Origin: Elsinoe ampelina
Lineage: Eukaryota
Reading direction: 5' to 3'
Assembly: GCA_010093995.1 (NCBI GenBank)
Contig: ML992506.1
Span: 692,551 to 756,550, forward strand
DNA length: 64,000 nt
Below the pieces are notes generated by a model. It saw nothing but the letters and a program-made list of their open reading frames with translations. It did not search any database and was not told where the DNA came from. Position numbers and translations under genes: made by a program. Below are positions 10,358-22,039 of the stretch, piece after piece; position 1 is the first letter of the stretch; each line of letters starts with the position of its first letter.

Positions 10358-11842
10358 ATGTCCTCCCTCCTAATCTACTCCTCCTGCCTCACCACCCTCA
10401 TCCTCGCCTTCATCCTCACCATCTTTCCTCCCCGCAACTACTTTGCCCCTCCATCCCTCCCCACCTATAACCACACATGGTCCATCCTCCAGCATCTCGG
10501 CGGCTCCGGCCCCTGGATCCCCCACACCACCCACGCCCTCACCCACGACCTCTCCCCTCCCCCCGGCTGTCGCGTCGACCAAGTCCACCTCATCTCCCGC
10601 CACGCAGCACGCTACCCCACGCATCCCGCAGGCATCCGCATGCTCCAGCTGTACCACCGCCTCGTGCACCTCGACACCAACTTCACTGGCCCGTTGGAGT
10701 TTCTCAACACGTGGAACTTCTTCATGCCTGACCCCGCCGGCCGGCTGGAGAATCTCGTTCCCGTTGGCCCGTACGCAGGGAGTATGCAGGCTTTCCAGAC
10801 TGGGACGGAGATGCGCACACGGTATGAAGAGCTGGTGGGAGAGGCGACGGGAAGGGGACAAACGGTGTTTTGGGCGAGCGGGAGTAGGAGGGTGGAGGAG
10901 ACGGCGAGGTACTGGGCTTTGGGGATGTGGGGACTGGAGTGGCAGGAGAAGGCGAGGTTGGAGGTTGTGAGTGAGGGGGCGGAGAGGGGTGGGGATACGT
11001 TGACTCCGGGCAGGACGTGTGAGAGGTACAGGAGTGAAGAGGAGGGAGAGGGGAGGCAGAAGGGGTATAAGAAGCTGGAAGATTGGATGAGGGTGTACCT
11101 CCCGAAGATTGGGGCGAGGCTGAAGGAGTTCCTGCCTGGAGTGGAGTTCTCGAACTTTGAGATCTTTACCATGCAAGAGATGTGTGGGTTCGAGATATTG
11201 GCGAGGGCAAGCAGTCCGTGGTGCGAGGTGTTCACGCACGAAGAGTGGGGAGAGTTCGAATACGCGAGAGATTTGCTGCACTACTATCGGGCCGGAGAAG
11301 GCAACAAGTACGGACCGACAATGGGCTGGCTGTTCCTCAATGCCACAAAGGACCTTTTGGTGCAAGGTCCTGAGGCAGGGCAACTATTCGCCAGCTTCGT
11401 CCACGATGGCGACCTTGTTCCTTTCCTGGCTGCTCTGGATCTATTTGCACAGCTTAGAAAGCTGCCCGCAGATCATGTCATGACCAACCGGACCTGGAGA
11501 ACCAGCGATGTAGTGCCGATGGGGGGACGAGTCATTCTGGAGAGACTAGCATGTCCTGCGCCGCAGAATTGCTGGAGCAATGAACCATACTACCCGAACC
11601 ATGTCTACTGCGATCCACCTCGAGACGACTACTTTGTGAGGATCAATGTCAACGACGCCATTGTGGCTCTACCAGATTGCCAGTATGGTCCTGGTGGGAG
11701 TTGTCCATTGGACAAGTTTGTCGACCACGTCAAGATGCGGCGTAGACATGCGGAAGACTTTCGAGAACTCTGTGGTCTATCAGAGGATGCACCGGCTAGA
11801 ATCACGTTCCTCAAGCAGCCGCCGCGCAAAGACAAAGGCTGA
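10358..11842 (+). CDS. Histidine acid phosphatase / phytase-like protein with N-terminal signal anchor
   Basis: Catalytic RHAARYP (RHxxRxP), HD motif 'FVHDGD', 'VPMGGRVILERLAC', 'GPGGSCPL'; hydrophobic N-terminus. Confidence 0.92.
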   Translation: MSSLLIYSSCLTTLILAFILTIFPPRNYFAPPSLPTYNHTWSILQHLGGSGPWIPHTTHALTHDLSPPPGCRVDQVHLISRHAARYPTHPAGIRMLQLYHRLVHLDTNFTGPLEFLNTWNFFMPDPAGRLENLVPVGPYAGSMQAFQTGTEMRTRYEELVGEATGRGQTVFWASGSRRVEETARYWALGMWGLEWQEKARLEVVSEGAERGGDTLTPGRTCERYRSEEEGEGRQKGYKKLEDWMRVYLPKIGARLKEFLPGVEFSNFEIFTMQEMCGFEILARASSPWCEVFTHEEWGEFEYARDLLHYYRAGEGNKYGPTMGWLFLNATKDLLVQGPEAGQLFASFVHDGDLVPFLAALDLFAQLRKLPADHVMTNRTWRTSDVVPMGGRVILERLACPAPQNCWSNEPYYPNHVYCDPPRDDYFVRINVNDAIVALPDCQYGPGGSCPLDKFVDHVKMRRRHAEDFRELCGLSEDAPARITFLKQPPRKDKG

Positions 11843-12464
11843 AGAACCAGGAAAGATCAATGAATGACCAATTTGCCCAGCTTGACAACCAGGCCGAGCG
11901 CATCCGTGGAGCAAGCTGGGCCCTCGATACACGCATCGAGAACCACAACTCAGCTCGAAAGCAGGCAGAACATCCCCCGCGGCTCGTGCGGAGTCACGGC
12001 CTGCAGAGTGCATCACCACGAGGCTCCCAGGATGTCAGTAAAGCACGATGCCTCGATCGTCACAACTCAATTGCCCGGAAATGATGTATTTCCAAGCTCG
12101 AACAAGCACGACTGCCCCGCTTCTCGGCCCTCGCTCAACCCCACTTGATCACTCTTTTTGCCCGCAGCTCCCCCGCAATTTACTGGATTGAACGACGCGC
12201 CGTCGATTCGCACGCGGGCAATGACAACATGCACATCCCGAGCTGTAACAGAGCCCGGTAGTTGAGAATTGCAGCTGTCCAAGCTCTGCAGCTGAGCTCT
12301 TGGGTTGTCCACCGGTCCGGGGATTCGGGGAGGAGAATTGAAAGTCGATAGTTTGTCCATGGCAGCTCTTCCCCTCTTTAATCACAATTCTCTCTTCATA
12401 CCTACTACCACCCCTCAATCCCAATCCTCAACCACCAATTGAACCATCCACCACCACCACCAAA

Positions 12465-13826
12465 ATGTCCAACATGAAAGCCGTCCACTACGAAGGCCCC
12501 TTCAAAGTCTCCGTCAAAGAAGTCCCCCTCCCCACCATCCAACACCCAGACGATGTCCTCGTCAAAGTCACCACCGCAGGTACGCCTCTCCCTTCACCTC
12601 TCCTCCCGTCCCCTCTCCTCCTTATACCCACCTCCTCATGTGATGTGAAACCCCACTAACCCCATCCCAACAGCCATCTGCGGCTCCGACCTCCACATGT
12701 ACCAAGGCCGCACAGCCGCCGAAGCCGGCCTCGTCTTCGGCCACGAAAACATGGGCATCATCACCGAAGTAGGCGAAGGCGTGACACTGCTCAAAAAGGG
12801 CGACAGGATCGTGTTGCCGTTCAACGTCGCGGACGGACGATGCAGGAACTGCGAGGAAGGGAGGACGGCGTTCTGCACCGGTGAGGATCCCTCGACGGCA
12901 TGGCTGGTGGGGGCGGGAAAACAAGCTGATCGGTGCGTCTAGGTGTCAACCCAGGCTTCGCGGGTGGTGCGTACGGGTATGTCGCCATGGGGCCGTATCA
13001 GGGTGGGCAGGCGCAGTATCTGCGTGTGCCGTATGCGGATTTCAACGCGTTGAAACTGCCCGAGGGGACGGAGCATGAGGCTGATTTCATTTTGTTGGCG
13101 GATATCTTTCCCACTGGGTGGCATGGGTTGGTCTTGGCGGGGTTCAAGTCGGGGGAGACGGTAGCTGTCTTTGGTGCTGGGCCGGTTGGGTTGATGGCTG
13201 CGTACTCGGGGGTGATTCGCGGTGCGAGCAAGGTGTTTGTTGTTGATCAGGTCAAGGAGCGGCTGGATGCGGCGAAGAAGATTGGTTGCATTCCGGTCAA
13301 TTTCACGGAGGGAGACCCTGTGGCCAAGATCATTGAGTTGAATGGTGGGGAGATGGTGGATCGCGCGGTGGATGCTGTGGGATACCAGGCTGTTGACAAG
13401 GGAGGGAAGAAGGAGCAGCCGAACGTGGTGCTTGACCAATTGATCATGGTGACGAGGCCGACGGGTGGTCTTGGTATTCCAGGTCTTTACGTACCTGCTG
13501 TAGGTTCCATGCCGTTCGTCAAAGTTGTTCTTACTGACTTGTTTCAGGATCCCGGTGCTCCAGACTCGCAGTCTGCAAAGGGCCAGATTCTGATCTCCTT
13601 CGGCAAGCTCTTCGAAAAGGGCCTGACGCTCGGTACTGGTCAGTGCAACGTCAAGTCCTACAATCGATACCTCCGGGACCTCATCATCTCCGGTAAGGCG
13701 AAGCCAAGTTTCGTGGTGAGCCACGAGATCACCCTCGACAACGCTGTCGAGGCATACGACAAGTTCGACCGCAGGATTGATGGGTATACCAAGGTCCTTA
13801 TCCACCCCAACGGACCTTTGTCTTGA
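12465..13826 (+). CDS. Zn-dependent MDR dehydrogenase, glutathione-independent formaldehyde dehydrogenase (FdhA)-like
   Basis: Introns 12580-12673, 12881-12942, 13500-13547. Motifs 'AICGSDLHMY', 'GHENMG', 'DGRCRNC...C', 'YGYVAMGPYQGGQAQYLRVPYADFN', 'DIFPTGWH', 'GAGPVG'. Confidence 0.9.
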
Positions 13827-13881
13827 TCCCCCTAAAGATCAGGTATTGTTGTACATAGCTCTTGAAACAATCCTTCCCTTC

Positions 13882-14364
13882 TCAATCCTGTCCGTCCAAC
13901 ACCCTCGCGCTTACGATCTTGACTTCCTCAGTCGGCTTATCATCCCTGTCTGTCTTGACCAAACCCATCCTCTGCACTATTCTCATTCCGCTCTTCACCC
14001 TCCCAAAGATTGTGTGCTTTCCGTCCAGCCACGGCGTCGGTGCCAAGGTGATGAAGAATTGGCTGCCATTCGTGTTCGGTCCGCTGTTGGCCATGCTCAA
14101 GACTCCTGCACCGGTGTGCTTGAGCTCGGGGCTGATCTCGTCCTCGAACTTTTCGCCGTACATGCTGGCTCCACCGCGACCAGTACCAGTCGGATCGCCA
14201 CCCTGTATCATGAACGAGGGAATGATACGGTGGAAGATTGTGCCATTGTAGTAGCCTCGAGCAGCAAGTGTGGTGAAGTTTTTGACTGTGCGCGGGGCGT
14301 GGTTGGTGTAGAGCTCCACGGTGATGGCACCGAGAGAGGTCTCCAGGAGAACTTCTTGTGCCAT
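13882..14364 (-). CDS. CYP1: Cyclophilin-type PPIase, spliceosomal PPIL1/Cyp1-like
   Basis: 160-aa intronless ORF; '[22 protein letters not shown]', '[34 protein letters not shown]'. Confidence 0.92.
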   Translation of the reverse strand: MAQEVLLETSLGAITVELYTNHAPRTVKNFTTLAARGYYNGTIFHRIIPSFMIQGGDPTGTGRGGASMYGEKFEDEISPELKHTGAGVLSMANSGPNTNGSQFFITLAPTPWLDGKHTIFGRVKSGMRIVQRMGLVKTDRDDKPTEEVKIVSARVLDGQD

Positions 14365-14550
14365 GACAACGGTTGTAGTATTAAGGAGGAAATGGTATTC
14401 GATTAAGTGGGAAGACAGGAAGGGCCATCAAGGTACTGACTTTTTCCGAGCTCAAACGGCAGCGCGGCCCGCATCCCCGCCTGTCCTCGAGATGAAGTCA
14501 ACAGCTCTCCATACCATCTTCGTCCATCCATTGAACTCTTGCACGGCACC

Positions 14551-15884
14551 ATGCTGGTCTCCCTCACAGTCGGCAAGGTCGATGCTGGCGTCGCCGTACT
14601 GCTGACAGAAGACAAACGACTGGTACGTCCCTCTGGCTCCCTCCCACCACCATCTCTAACACCTCCCAGATCGAGTTCCCTTCGATCCTCCTCCCACCAG
14701 ATATTACCTCGGGCAGCATAGTCGACATCGACGTCTCGCGCAACTTCGCCAGTGAGTCTGCTGCTGCGAAGAAGTTCAATGCCCTCCAAGATGAAATCTT
14801 CACCACCTTCGGACAAGCCACCCCCTCCCCACCAGTCCTGCGCTGCCGCAATGCAACTCAAACCTCCGTCGTCCTCGAATGGGATCCAGTAAGCATCGCC
14901 ACGGCCGAACTACGCAGCCTCAGCCTCTACCGCAACGGCAGCAAAGCCGGCAACATCCCACGGGACAAACTCAGCACCAAAATCTCCGGCCTCCAAGTCG
15001 ACCACGAATACACCTTCCACCTCGTCCTACGTACCTCAGCAGGGACCTACACCTCCGAGCGCCTCGCCGTCAAAACCCAAAAAATGACCGACCTAACCGG
15101 CATCACCGTCACGCCCGGCATCATGCCCCAACCCCTGCGCGACAGCCTCGAAGAAACCGTCCAAAAAATCGGCGCCAAACTCATCGACACCGTCCGCATC
15201 GACACCACACACTTCGTCTGCACCGAAGGCAGAGGCCAAGCCTGGGAAAAAGCCGTCGAGATGAACGTCCCCGTCGTAGTCCCAGACTGGGTCAAGGGGT
15301 GCGAGCGCGAAGGCCGCATCGTAGGCGTGAGGGGGTACTACCTCAACGCCGACCCGAAGTTGCGCAACGTCGGGCCAATGACGATCAACACTGCCTCGGC
15401 GCAGACTTCCACTGCCAGTCCGGCGACCCAGACGTCCCAGAGCGGAGGGGAGGCGCCGGCCAATGACGCGGTGAGGAATCTCCGCGCCGAGACCCCGAGG
15501 ATAGAGCACACCCCGCCGACGCCGGAGCAGACGGGGAAGCAGCGGCAGATGGAGGAGGCACGGAGGAGGGAGGAGGAGGAGAGGAGGAGTGAGCCCCCTA
15601 CGCCGCCGCCTAAGATGGAGGCGTTTCCGGATGCGCCGACGGAGTTGGAGGAGGATGGGGGGGAGGAGGAGGAGGACGAGGGGCGAGGGCAGGAGACGTA
15701 TGAGAGGGTTGTGGTGGAGGGGAGGGAGGTGGATGGGGATGAGGGCAGTGAGAGGGGGAGTGAGACGAGTGATACCACGGAGAAGGCGGGTGGGGATGTT
15801 GGAGGGGTTGGGACGGGGGATGGGGCGAAGGCAGAGGGCAAGAAGAGAGAGGAAGAGGAGGGGTTCGATGAAGTGAGCTTGTAG
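14551..15884 (+). CDS. CHS5: Exomer subunit Chs5 (FN3 + BRCT)
   Basis: 'MLVSLTVGKVDAGVAVLLTEDKRL|IEFPSILLP' across intron 14623-14669; FN3 'RNATQTSVVLEWD'; BRCT 'DTTHFVCTEG...VVVPDWVKGC'; acidic tail. Confidence 0.95.
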
Positions 15885-15980
15885 TCGGGTGAAGTGTTGA
15901 TATCCATACTTAAGCGACCTTGTCCGGCTCTTGTGAACCAGCTAGCGAAGACCTTGAGATCCCCGTCAAGGGAGATCCGT

Positions 15981-17618
15981 TCAGTCATCCACACTATCCT
16001 CCGACTCCCCCCCGTCTTCTCCCCCATCAGACACCAAATCACTCATCTCCCCCTCCTCGGACCCCAAATCACTCATCTCCGCCTCCTCGCTCTCACTCTC
16101 GTACTTCTTCCCCCTACTCGCCTTTCTCTTTCCCTTCTTCCCCTCCCATCCCACCTCCTCCCCCTCGTCGTCCTCCGCGACCCACCCCTCGTCCCCACCT
16201 TTCTTCGCCCCATGCCTCTTCACCAAATGCTCAATCGGACACCCCTTCTTCCACCCCTCGCTGCCCATGCCCGTCGCGGCCCTGCACCTCCCGCACGTCT
16301 TCCCATGCTTGATGAGGAGCTGATGCAAAGCGTACTTGAGCTCGTCCGGCACCATGACCTCGCAATGGCTGTACGTCGAATTGCGCTCCACCTTCGGCCA
16401 GCCGTGCTCTTTCGCTTCGGCGTCACTGGGTACCCAGGCGAGGTAGCGGCAGAGACGGAAGACGTGGGTGTCCACCGCGAAGGAAGGGCGTTGGAGGCAG
16501 AAGAGGAGGACGCAGGAGGCGGTCTTGGGGCCGATGCCGGGGTAGGAAACGAGTTTGTTGAAGGCGTCTTCGTTGGAGAGGAGATGGAGGTGGTCGAGGT
16601 TGGGGACGCCGGAGTGGGCTTTTGTGATTTCGGAGGTTTGTTCGGAGGGGGACTCGTGAGTGGAGCCGGAGATGGGGTTGGAGGAGGAGAGGGATTTGGC
16701 GCGTTCGAGGTTCTCGGCCCAGACGAGGTCGAGGATGGCTTTGATGTCTTTGCTTTTGCTGCCGGCCAGGCCGCCGCATTTGATGGCCTCGAAGACTTGT
16801 TCGACGGGTGCGAGGCGGACAGCGTTCCAGTCTACGCTGCCTTTGCCGACGCCGTCTTTGAGGGTGCCGAAGGTCTTTACGAGACCTTGGAATGCGCGGG
16901 AGCTGTTGAGGTTGGTAGTGGCGGCGGATAGGCGGGTGCGGATCAAGGCGTCGAGTACAGAGGGCACTTCGCCACATCCTGCGACCTCTAGGGAAGGGGG
17001 GCGGATCTCCTTGGGAGCAGACACGGTCCCGTGGACTTTGGACAAGAGCCGGACGACTTCATGGCACTCTTCCTTGGTCGGACGGTTGTAGCCGGGATAT
17101 GGCGAGGTGCCTGGCGTGAGCTTGTAGTTGATGTTCTTCTTCTTCTTGGCCGACTGTCCATCTTTCTCGGGTGATGGTGAGATCAAGCCAGCTTTCTCGG
17201 CGACTTTGGCTACCTCATCTGCTGAGGGAGTTGGGACTTTCTTGCCCTTCTTCGCTGGTGCCTTCTTCGGAGTGGCCTCTGGTTTTTTTGGAGTTACTTT
17301 GTTGGGGCGAGAACGCTTCGCCGGTGGCTCGTTGCTCGGAGTCGGGAGCTCACCGAGGTTGTGAGGGAGGTCATTGACAGAGTCATCGACAGCTCTGGCA
17401 GAAGGGCGTGCGCGTTTGCGGGACTTTGGTGCCGAAGCTGGGGTTTCAGGCTCTTGCTTGATATCTTCTGCCTTGATATCTTCCACTTTGACGTCTTCAG
17501 TCTTGACGTTGCCAGACTTGCGCGAGATGCGTTTCGTGGCCGGCGCAGGTGTGTGAGGTGGGCTGGATAGCTGCGTTGGCTCTGCAGCTGCCTGCGAGCG
17601 TGTGCTGCGACGAGCCAT
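15981..17618 (-). CDS. HhH-GPD (endonuclease III superfamily) DNA glycosylase
   Basis: HhH 'LVSYPGIGPKTASCVLLF', catalytic 'FAVDTHVFRL', 'VLDALIRTRLSAAT', 'AIKCGGLA'; Lys-rich disordered N-terminus from ATG 17618. Confidence 0.92.
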   Translation of the reverse strand: MARRSTRSQAAAEPTQLSSPPHTPAPATKRISRKSGNVKTEDVKVEDIKAEDIKQEPETPASAPKSRKRARPSARAVDDSVNDLPHNLGELPTPSNEPPAKRSRPNKVTPKKPEATPKKAPAKKGKKVPTPSADEVAKVAEKAGLISPSPEKDGQSAKKKKNINYKLTPGTSPYPGYNRPTKEECHEVVRLLSKVHGTVSAPKEIRPPSLEVAGCGEVPSVLDALIRTRLSAATTNLNSSRAFQGLVKTFGTLKDGVGKGSVDWNAVRLAPVEQVFEAIKCGGLAGSKSKDIKAILDLVWAENLERAKSLSSSNPISGSTHESPSEQTSEITKAHSGVPNLDHLHLLSNEDAFNKLVSYPGIGPKTASCVLLFCLQRPSFAVDTHVFRLCRYLAWVPSDAEAKEHGWPKVERNSTYSHCEVMVPDELKYALHQLLIKHGKTCGRCRAATGMGSEGWKKGCPIEHLVKRHGAKKGGDEGWVAEDDEGEEVGWEGKKGKRKASRGKKYESESEEAEMSDLGSEEGEMSDLVSDGGEDGGESEDSVDD

Positions 17619-18174
17619 GATGTATGTGTTCTGCTCAAGTACACAGGGGCTGAATCTTGAAGTACTAGTGAGGGAGAGTGCCACAGGTCGACCGAAATGA
17701 GCTCGTCGAGTCGAGTGAAGTACAATCGGAGCTCTGCAGATATGAAGCAGCCGAGGCGGCCGGAAGATGCAACGGAGTGATTCAATCGTGTCTGTCAGTG
17801 AAGAGGGATGCTCAATTGATTAGCAAGCCCATGGATCTGTCAAAATATGTGTATATGTGACCAAGAGAGAATGACTGGGTTGAGCTCGACATTTTGCTTC
17901 TGCAACCTCGAAAAAGCCCAATGACGTCGACGTGGAACGCACGCGCTTTGACCCCTGCCATCGCTCCCGTCATCAGGAACCAGATCCAGATCGCGGAGAA
18001 GGTGGAGATCCAGATCGAAAGGCAAATTGCATCTCATTGAGATCTCACCAACTCGCATGCATGTTCACTTCCCCGGGTGGCACGTACACGAAATGGGATA
18101 CCCGTTGATGATGAAGACTTCCATACCTAATCATTACTACACAATCCCATCCATGCACCGGAACCCGGGGTATA

Positions 18175-20757
18175 TCAAATCGCATAATTCTCGGCATGCA
18201 TCCACACTTCCTCCCGCCCCTCTCTCCTCCAGACGCTACTCTGCATCTCTGCCACTCCCTTTTGCACATCCACTCGCATACTGGGCGGTCCGCACACGTA
18301 CACCGCGACCCTCTTGCCCGTCCACGTCCGCTCCATCTCCCGCAGCATGTACCTGATATCAGGCCGGCCGTACTCTGTCGTCCACCCACTGTTTCGGCTC
18401 TTAATGGCAGCGGGGAGGAAGGCGAAGCGCATGAGGTTCTTCTGGAATTCGGTAGGGGTGGAGGGAAAGCCGAAGTCGAAGTTGCGTTGGTTGGCTGCGG
18501 TGGTGGCTATTGATGGCGAGGATGCCTGGCGGCGTAATGTGTGGGCTGGGTCGTAGGTCTGTGACGGTGTGGTGGTGGCTCGTTGGGCGGAAGAGATGTC
18601 CAGGTGCAGGTTTGCCGCGAGGGGCCGCTTTTGAGACAGGTGGGATGTTGCTGACTTCTCTGATACTGGCATGGGCGGGACCGGAGGTGGTGTGGCATTT
18701 GTGCTGCGGTTGCTGTGGTTGCTCGCTCGGCTATTGGCCCGTGCTGGAAGGAGGTGGGCTTGTGGGAGGGGTCGGATGCGGTCTTCCTCCTCGTCCCGGA
18801 GCACCTTTTCACGCTTCGGATCAATAGCGGCTTCATCTGCGATCAGTGCCGAGTGGCGATGGTTCGAGATGGTACTGTGCCGATTGTCGGCTATGCTTTG
18901 AAATGCGTGGTTGACCTTGTCGTGGAAGAAACCGCTGATTGGTCTGGTAGGTGTTTGTGCGGAGACAAGCTGTCCTGTCTTCGCCTGTCTCTTCGCCGCT
19001 GTGATGTAGAATTGACACTGAGTTGTACCAGGCGGTGCGTATTCTCGGCAGATTCGGAGCTCTTCCTTGAACCATTCCAGGACTTCGGGCCGTTTGAGAG
19101 CCCAGACGACTTGAACAGTCTTGGTCACTGCTTTGTCTTCTCGCATTCGCTTGATCAAATCGAGCAGTTGAGATATCAGAGCTGTAACTCCGCTGCCGCC
19201 TGCAAAGAGAACAACATGATCGAATGAGTGAAGATCTCGATTCATGCCCCCGTATGGTCCATCAATGAATGCACGGTATGTGTGCCACGGTCCATGTTCG
19301 ATCGCACTCTCAAACACCTTCTTCGTGAATCCGCCAAACGGCCTGAAGACTAGGACCATGTCTCTATACTCCTCGCCGTAAGTCGAATGAAAGTCCTCAC
19401 TGCAAAGCGACGCGATCGTGAAAGGATGATTCTCAAACATCGACACGCCGGGCATTCGAAGGTAGACGTACTGTCCAGGCTTCCACCTGACTTGAGTGGG
19501 GATGGTGACTTTGATCGCGTTCTCAGGCATGAGGGTCACAGCAGCTTCTTCGCCTATGAGCCACGATTTCCGCCATGGGTTGGACCAATTGAGGAAGAAC
19601 AGTCGGGCGACGTACGACAATAACCAGATTGCTGCTGTTGCAATCAGATAATGCCAGCTGGTCAAGTAATTCTTGCAATGCCAGAAGAGCAGTCCTAGAT
19701 AGACCATGGCAAGCGGAACATGCAGCGCCACGAACAACTCGTACATCTTGCGTCGAAAAACAGGCAGAGACTGAAGGCAAAGAAGTCCCAGGGGAACCAA
19801 AGCACAGATGCCAGTGGTGTAGATGTAGCCGCCATTTCGTGGGAAGTATGATTCAAATATCCGGTATCCCTGTGCATCTGATGCCGGCTTAATGTAGAAC
19901 GGCACCATGTGGATAATGCTCAGAATTAAGCACAAGTATGCGAGCCACCTGTGGAGAACGTTCAATCGCTCATGGCTAATTCCGGTGAGCAGTGTGAGGA
20001 TATTTGCCTTCATGCTGAGTGCGATGATCCATGGCATGAGTGCGACTGCTAGCATACCTGCGCGAATAGCCAACGGAGGTGATCCATAGGCAAAACTTTG
20101 CCAGAAGTAAGGTCGAGGGATGAAGCAGTAGCCAATCGTGACACCCAGAGCAGCTATGAAGAGAAGGAAGACGCCTGGATTGGGAAGATTGACAGGCCTC
20201 ATTCTCTTCTTCAGCTTGTTGGCCCTGAGCAGTGGTAGAGGTCTGTAGAAGACGTACCGGAATGCAGCAATGGTGAGGTTGAAGGGCCGAATTGTTGATA
20301 AGGAGGACTCTGACTTTGGTGGTTTGGGCAGCTCACCCTTTGCTGGGAAAAATCGTCTCGTCGAGGTGCTTGTAGGCAACGCAGATGGCAACGACGACAT
20401 TTCGTAATCAGAACCAGGTGATGAGCCCTTTCCTGACTGTAGTGTCTCTTCCTTGTAGAATGCCGTGCGAAGCTTGTCTGTCCATATCGAGTAGAGTCTC
20501 TTCAATGTAGCGATGACCAGCAGGATAACGCAGAAGTATACCCAGGCGAGAGCGTACTTTCCAGATTTATTCCATGGGTCCAGAGTATTAGCTTCGACTA
20601 ATCCAGCAGGGCTTGTCCGGTTGCAGCACGGGATACTGACTCGTTTGTGTAGTTGCGTGGTGTCTCCAAGTACATCTTCAAACAGGTCGACCGGCGAGGT
20701 TACGTGAGAGATGGCAATGCCAGCTCTGCGAGCAAGGAGCTCCACAATGGAAGGCAT
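18175..20757 (-). CDS. Ferric/cupric reductase-like transmembrane protein (FRE family)
   Basis: Heme-ligand helices 'HERLNVLHRW...SIIH' and 'FVALH...FWH', FAD motif 'HPFTIAS', 'DGPYGG', NADPH 'AGGSGVT', 'VCGPPSM'; start at ATG 20757. Confidence 0.93.
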   Translation of the reverse strand: MPSIVELLARRAGIAISHVTSPVDLFEDVLGDTTQLHKRVSIPCCNRTSPAGLVEANTLDPWNKSGKYALAWVYFCVILLVIATLKRLYSIWTDKLRTAFYKEETLQSGKGSSPGSDYEMSSLPSALPTSTSTRRFFPAKGELPKPPKSESSLSTIRPFNLTIAAFRYVFYRPLPLLRANKLKKRMRPVNLPNPGVFLLFIAALGVTIGYCFIPRPYFWQSFAYGSPPLAIRAGMLAVALMPWIIALSMKANILTLLTGISHERLNVLHRWLAYLCLILSIIHMVPFYIKPASDAQGYRIFESYFPRNGGYIYTTGICALVPLGLLCLQSLPVFRRKMYELFVALHVPLAMVYLGLLFWHCKNYLTSWHYLIATAAIWLLSYVARLFFLNWSNPWRKSWLIGEEAAVTLMPENAIKVTIPTQVRWKPGQYVYLRMPGVSMFENHPFTIASLCSEDFHSTYGEEYRDMVLVFRPFGGFTKKVFESAIEHGPWHTYRAFIDGPYGGMNRDLHSFDHVVLFAGGSGVTALISQLLDLIKRMREDKAVTKTVQVVWALKRPEVLEWFKEELRICREYAPPGTTQCQFYITAAKRQAKTGQLVSAQTPTRPISGFFHDKVNHAFQSIADNRHSTISNHRHSALIADEAAIDPKREKVLRDEEEDRIRPLPQAHLLPARANSRASNHSNRSTNATPPPVPPMPVSEKSATSHLSQKRPLAANLHLDISSAQRATTTPSQTYDPAHTLRRQASSPSIATTAANQRNFDFGFPSTPTEFQKNLMRFAFLPAAIKSRNSGWTTEYGRPDIRYMLREMERTWTGKRVAVYVCGPPSMRVDVQKGVAEMQSSVWRREGREEVWMHAENYAI

Positions 20758-22039
20758 CTTAGAGATCAAGTGATCGGAATGGCATGCGGCGAGCAAGGCT
20801 TTGATGACAAGCCAGTGTCGTCCAGGTGGTATGACAGATGGCGTTCTGCCGTATTGGTCCTGAAGCAGTGAGCGGGACTGTGGTTAGTGGTCGTGGCTTT
20901 CCTACATCTTCAGATCATAGAATGTCAGATGGTGCTGACACGACCGAGTGAAGATGCAGGTGTCTCACACAACGCCGGATACAAAGGGGAAGGCGAAGAC
21001 CAGCGAAAGTGCGTGCATAGAGGTTAAAGGGCCAGTGTCCATCCATCCCACCTTACCTGTCGAGTCGTCGGGTCTAGTCCCGTGGCGAGGGGCGGAAGAA
21101 CTACATTCGCCATCACACAGCCGTGGAATGGTTCGCTGAGAGTGCGCGCTACGACATGAAAGCGGTAACATTCAGTCCGAGCACTCATCGACAAAAGTGG
21201 CGCTATCTGTTTCCACAAAGCTTGGGGCAGACTCGATCGGGAGCGGCCTATGTGATGGCACAAGTCCTGTGTCGTATAGTTTGCCAGGGTCCACAGCCAA
21301 TTGAGCGAGTCAGATGCATGTCGAGGTGGACGAGGGCCCGAGCCGATCATGCAGGTCTCAAGCCTCGTGCAGCTTCACTGCACAAGCAGCAACCTTGATC
21401 CTGGCTGCTCGTCCTTGCATGATCCTTCAGACCTAGAGTCCACGGCTTCTAGAAGCATGCTGACAGAGTCAACCATCTATGATGAATTGCGTTACGCTCG
21501 AGACACGACGGAAAGACCGTAATACCGTCCAAGTCATGCGTGCCTCGAGGGCAAAGTGGATCGTGCCGGACAGGTTGGTCACTCGGTAGATCAATAGCTG
21601 GCTAAGCGTGGACAAACTTGAAGCATGCATTTTAGACGTGGCCAATGAAAGATGGGAAAGGCATCAAGAAGCGCTCGAGTTCCTGCAAGGTGATGAGGAG
21701 AAATGGAGGGGACTTTGTGACTGGCCACTCATTCGCCTTTTCGAAGCGCTGGCGCTTTGCCTCTTTGGGTCGCCGCAGCCGCTGCTCTGATTGGCTGGAT
21801 ATACTACCACCTTTGATATGCTATACAGTATCACACGAGATGATTAATCAAGTGCTTTGCTCTGGTAGTACTGCTCGTTGCAGCAGTTTTGATGTCGTAT
21901 TTCTGGTAGTACTTCTCTCCATAAACTACCAGACCCGATCCTTGGTCGACGCTGATATACAACCATGAAGCTGTCCCTGTCCTACCAGACCACCGAAGAA
22001 ACTACCACAAAGCAACCTTGATATCTCCGGCCTTGCCTA

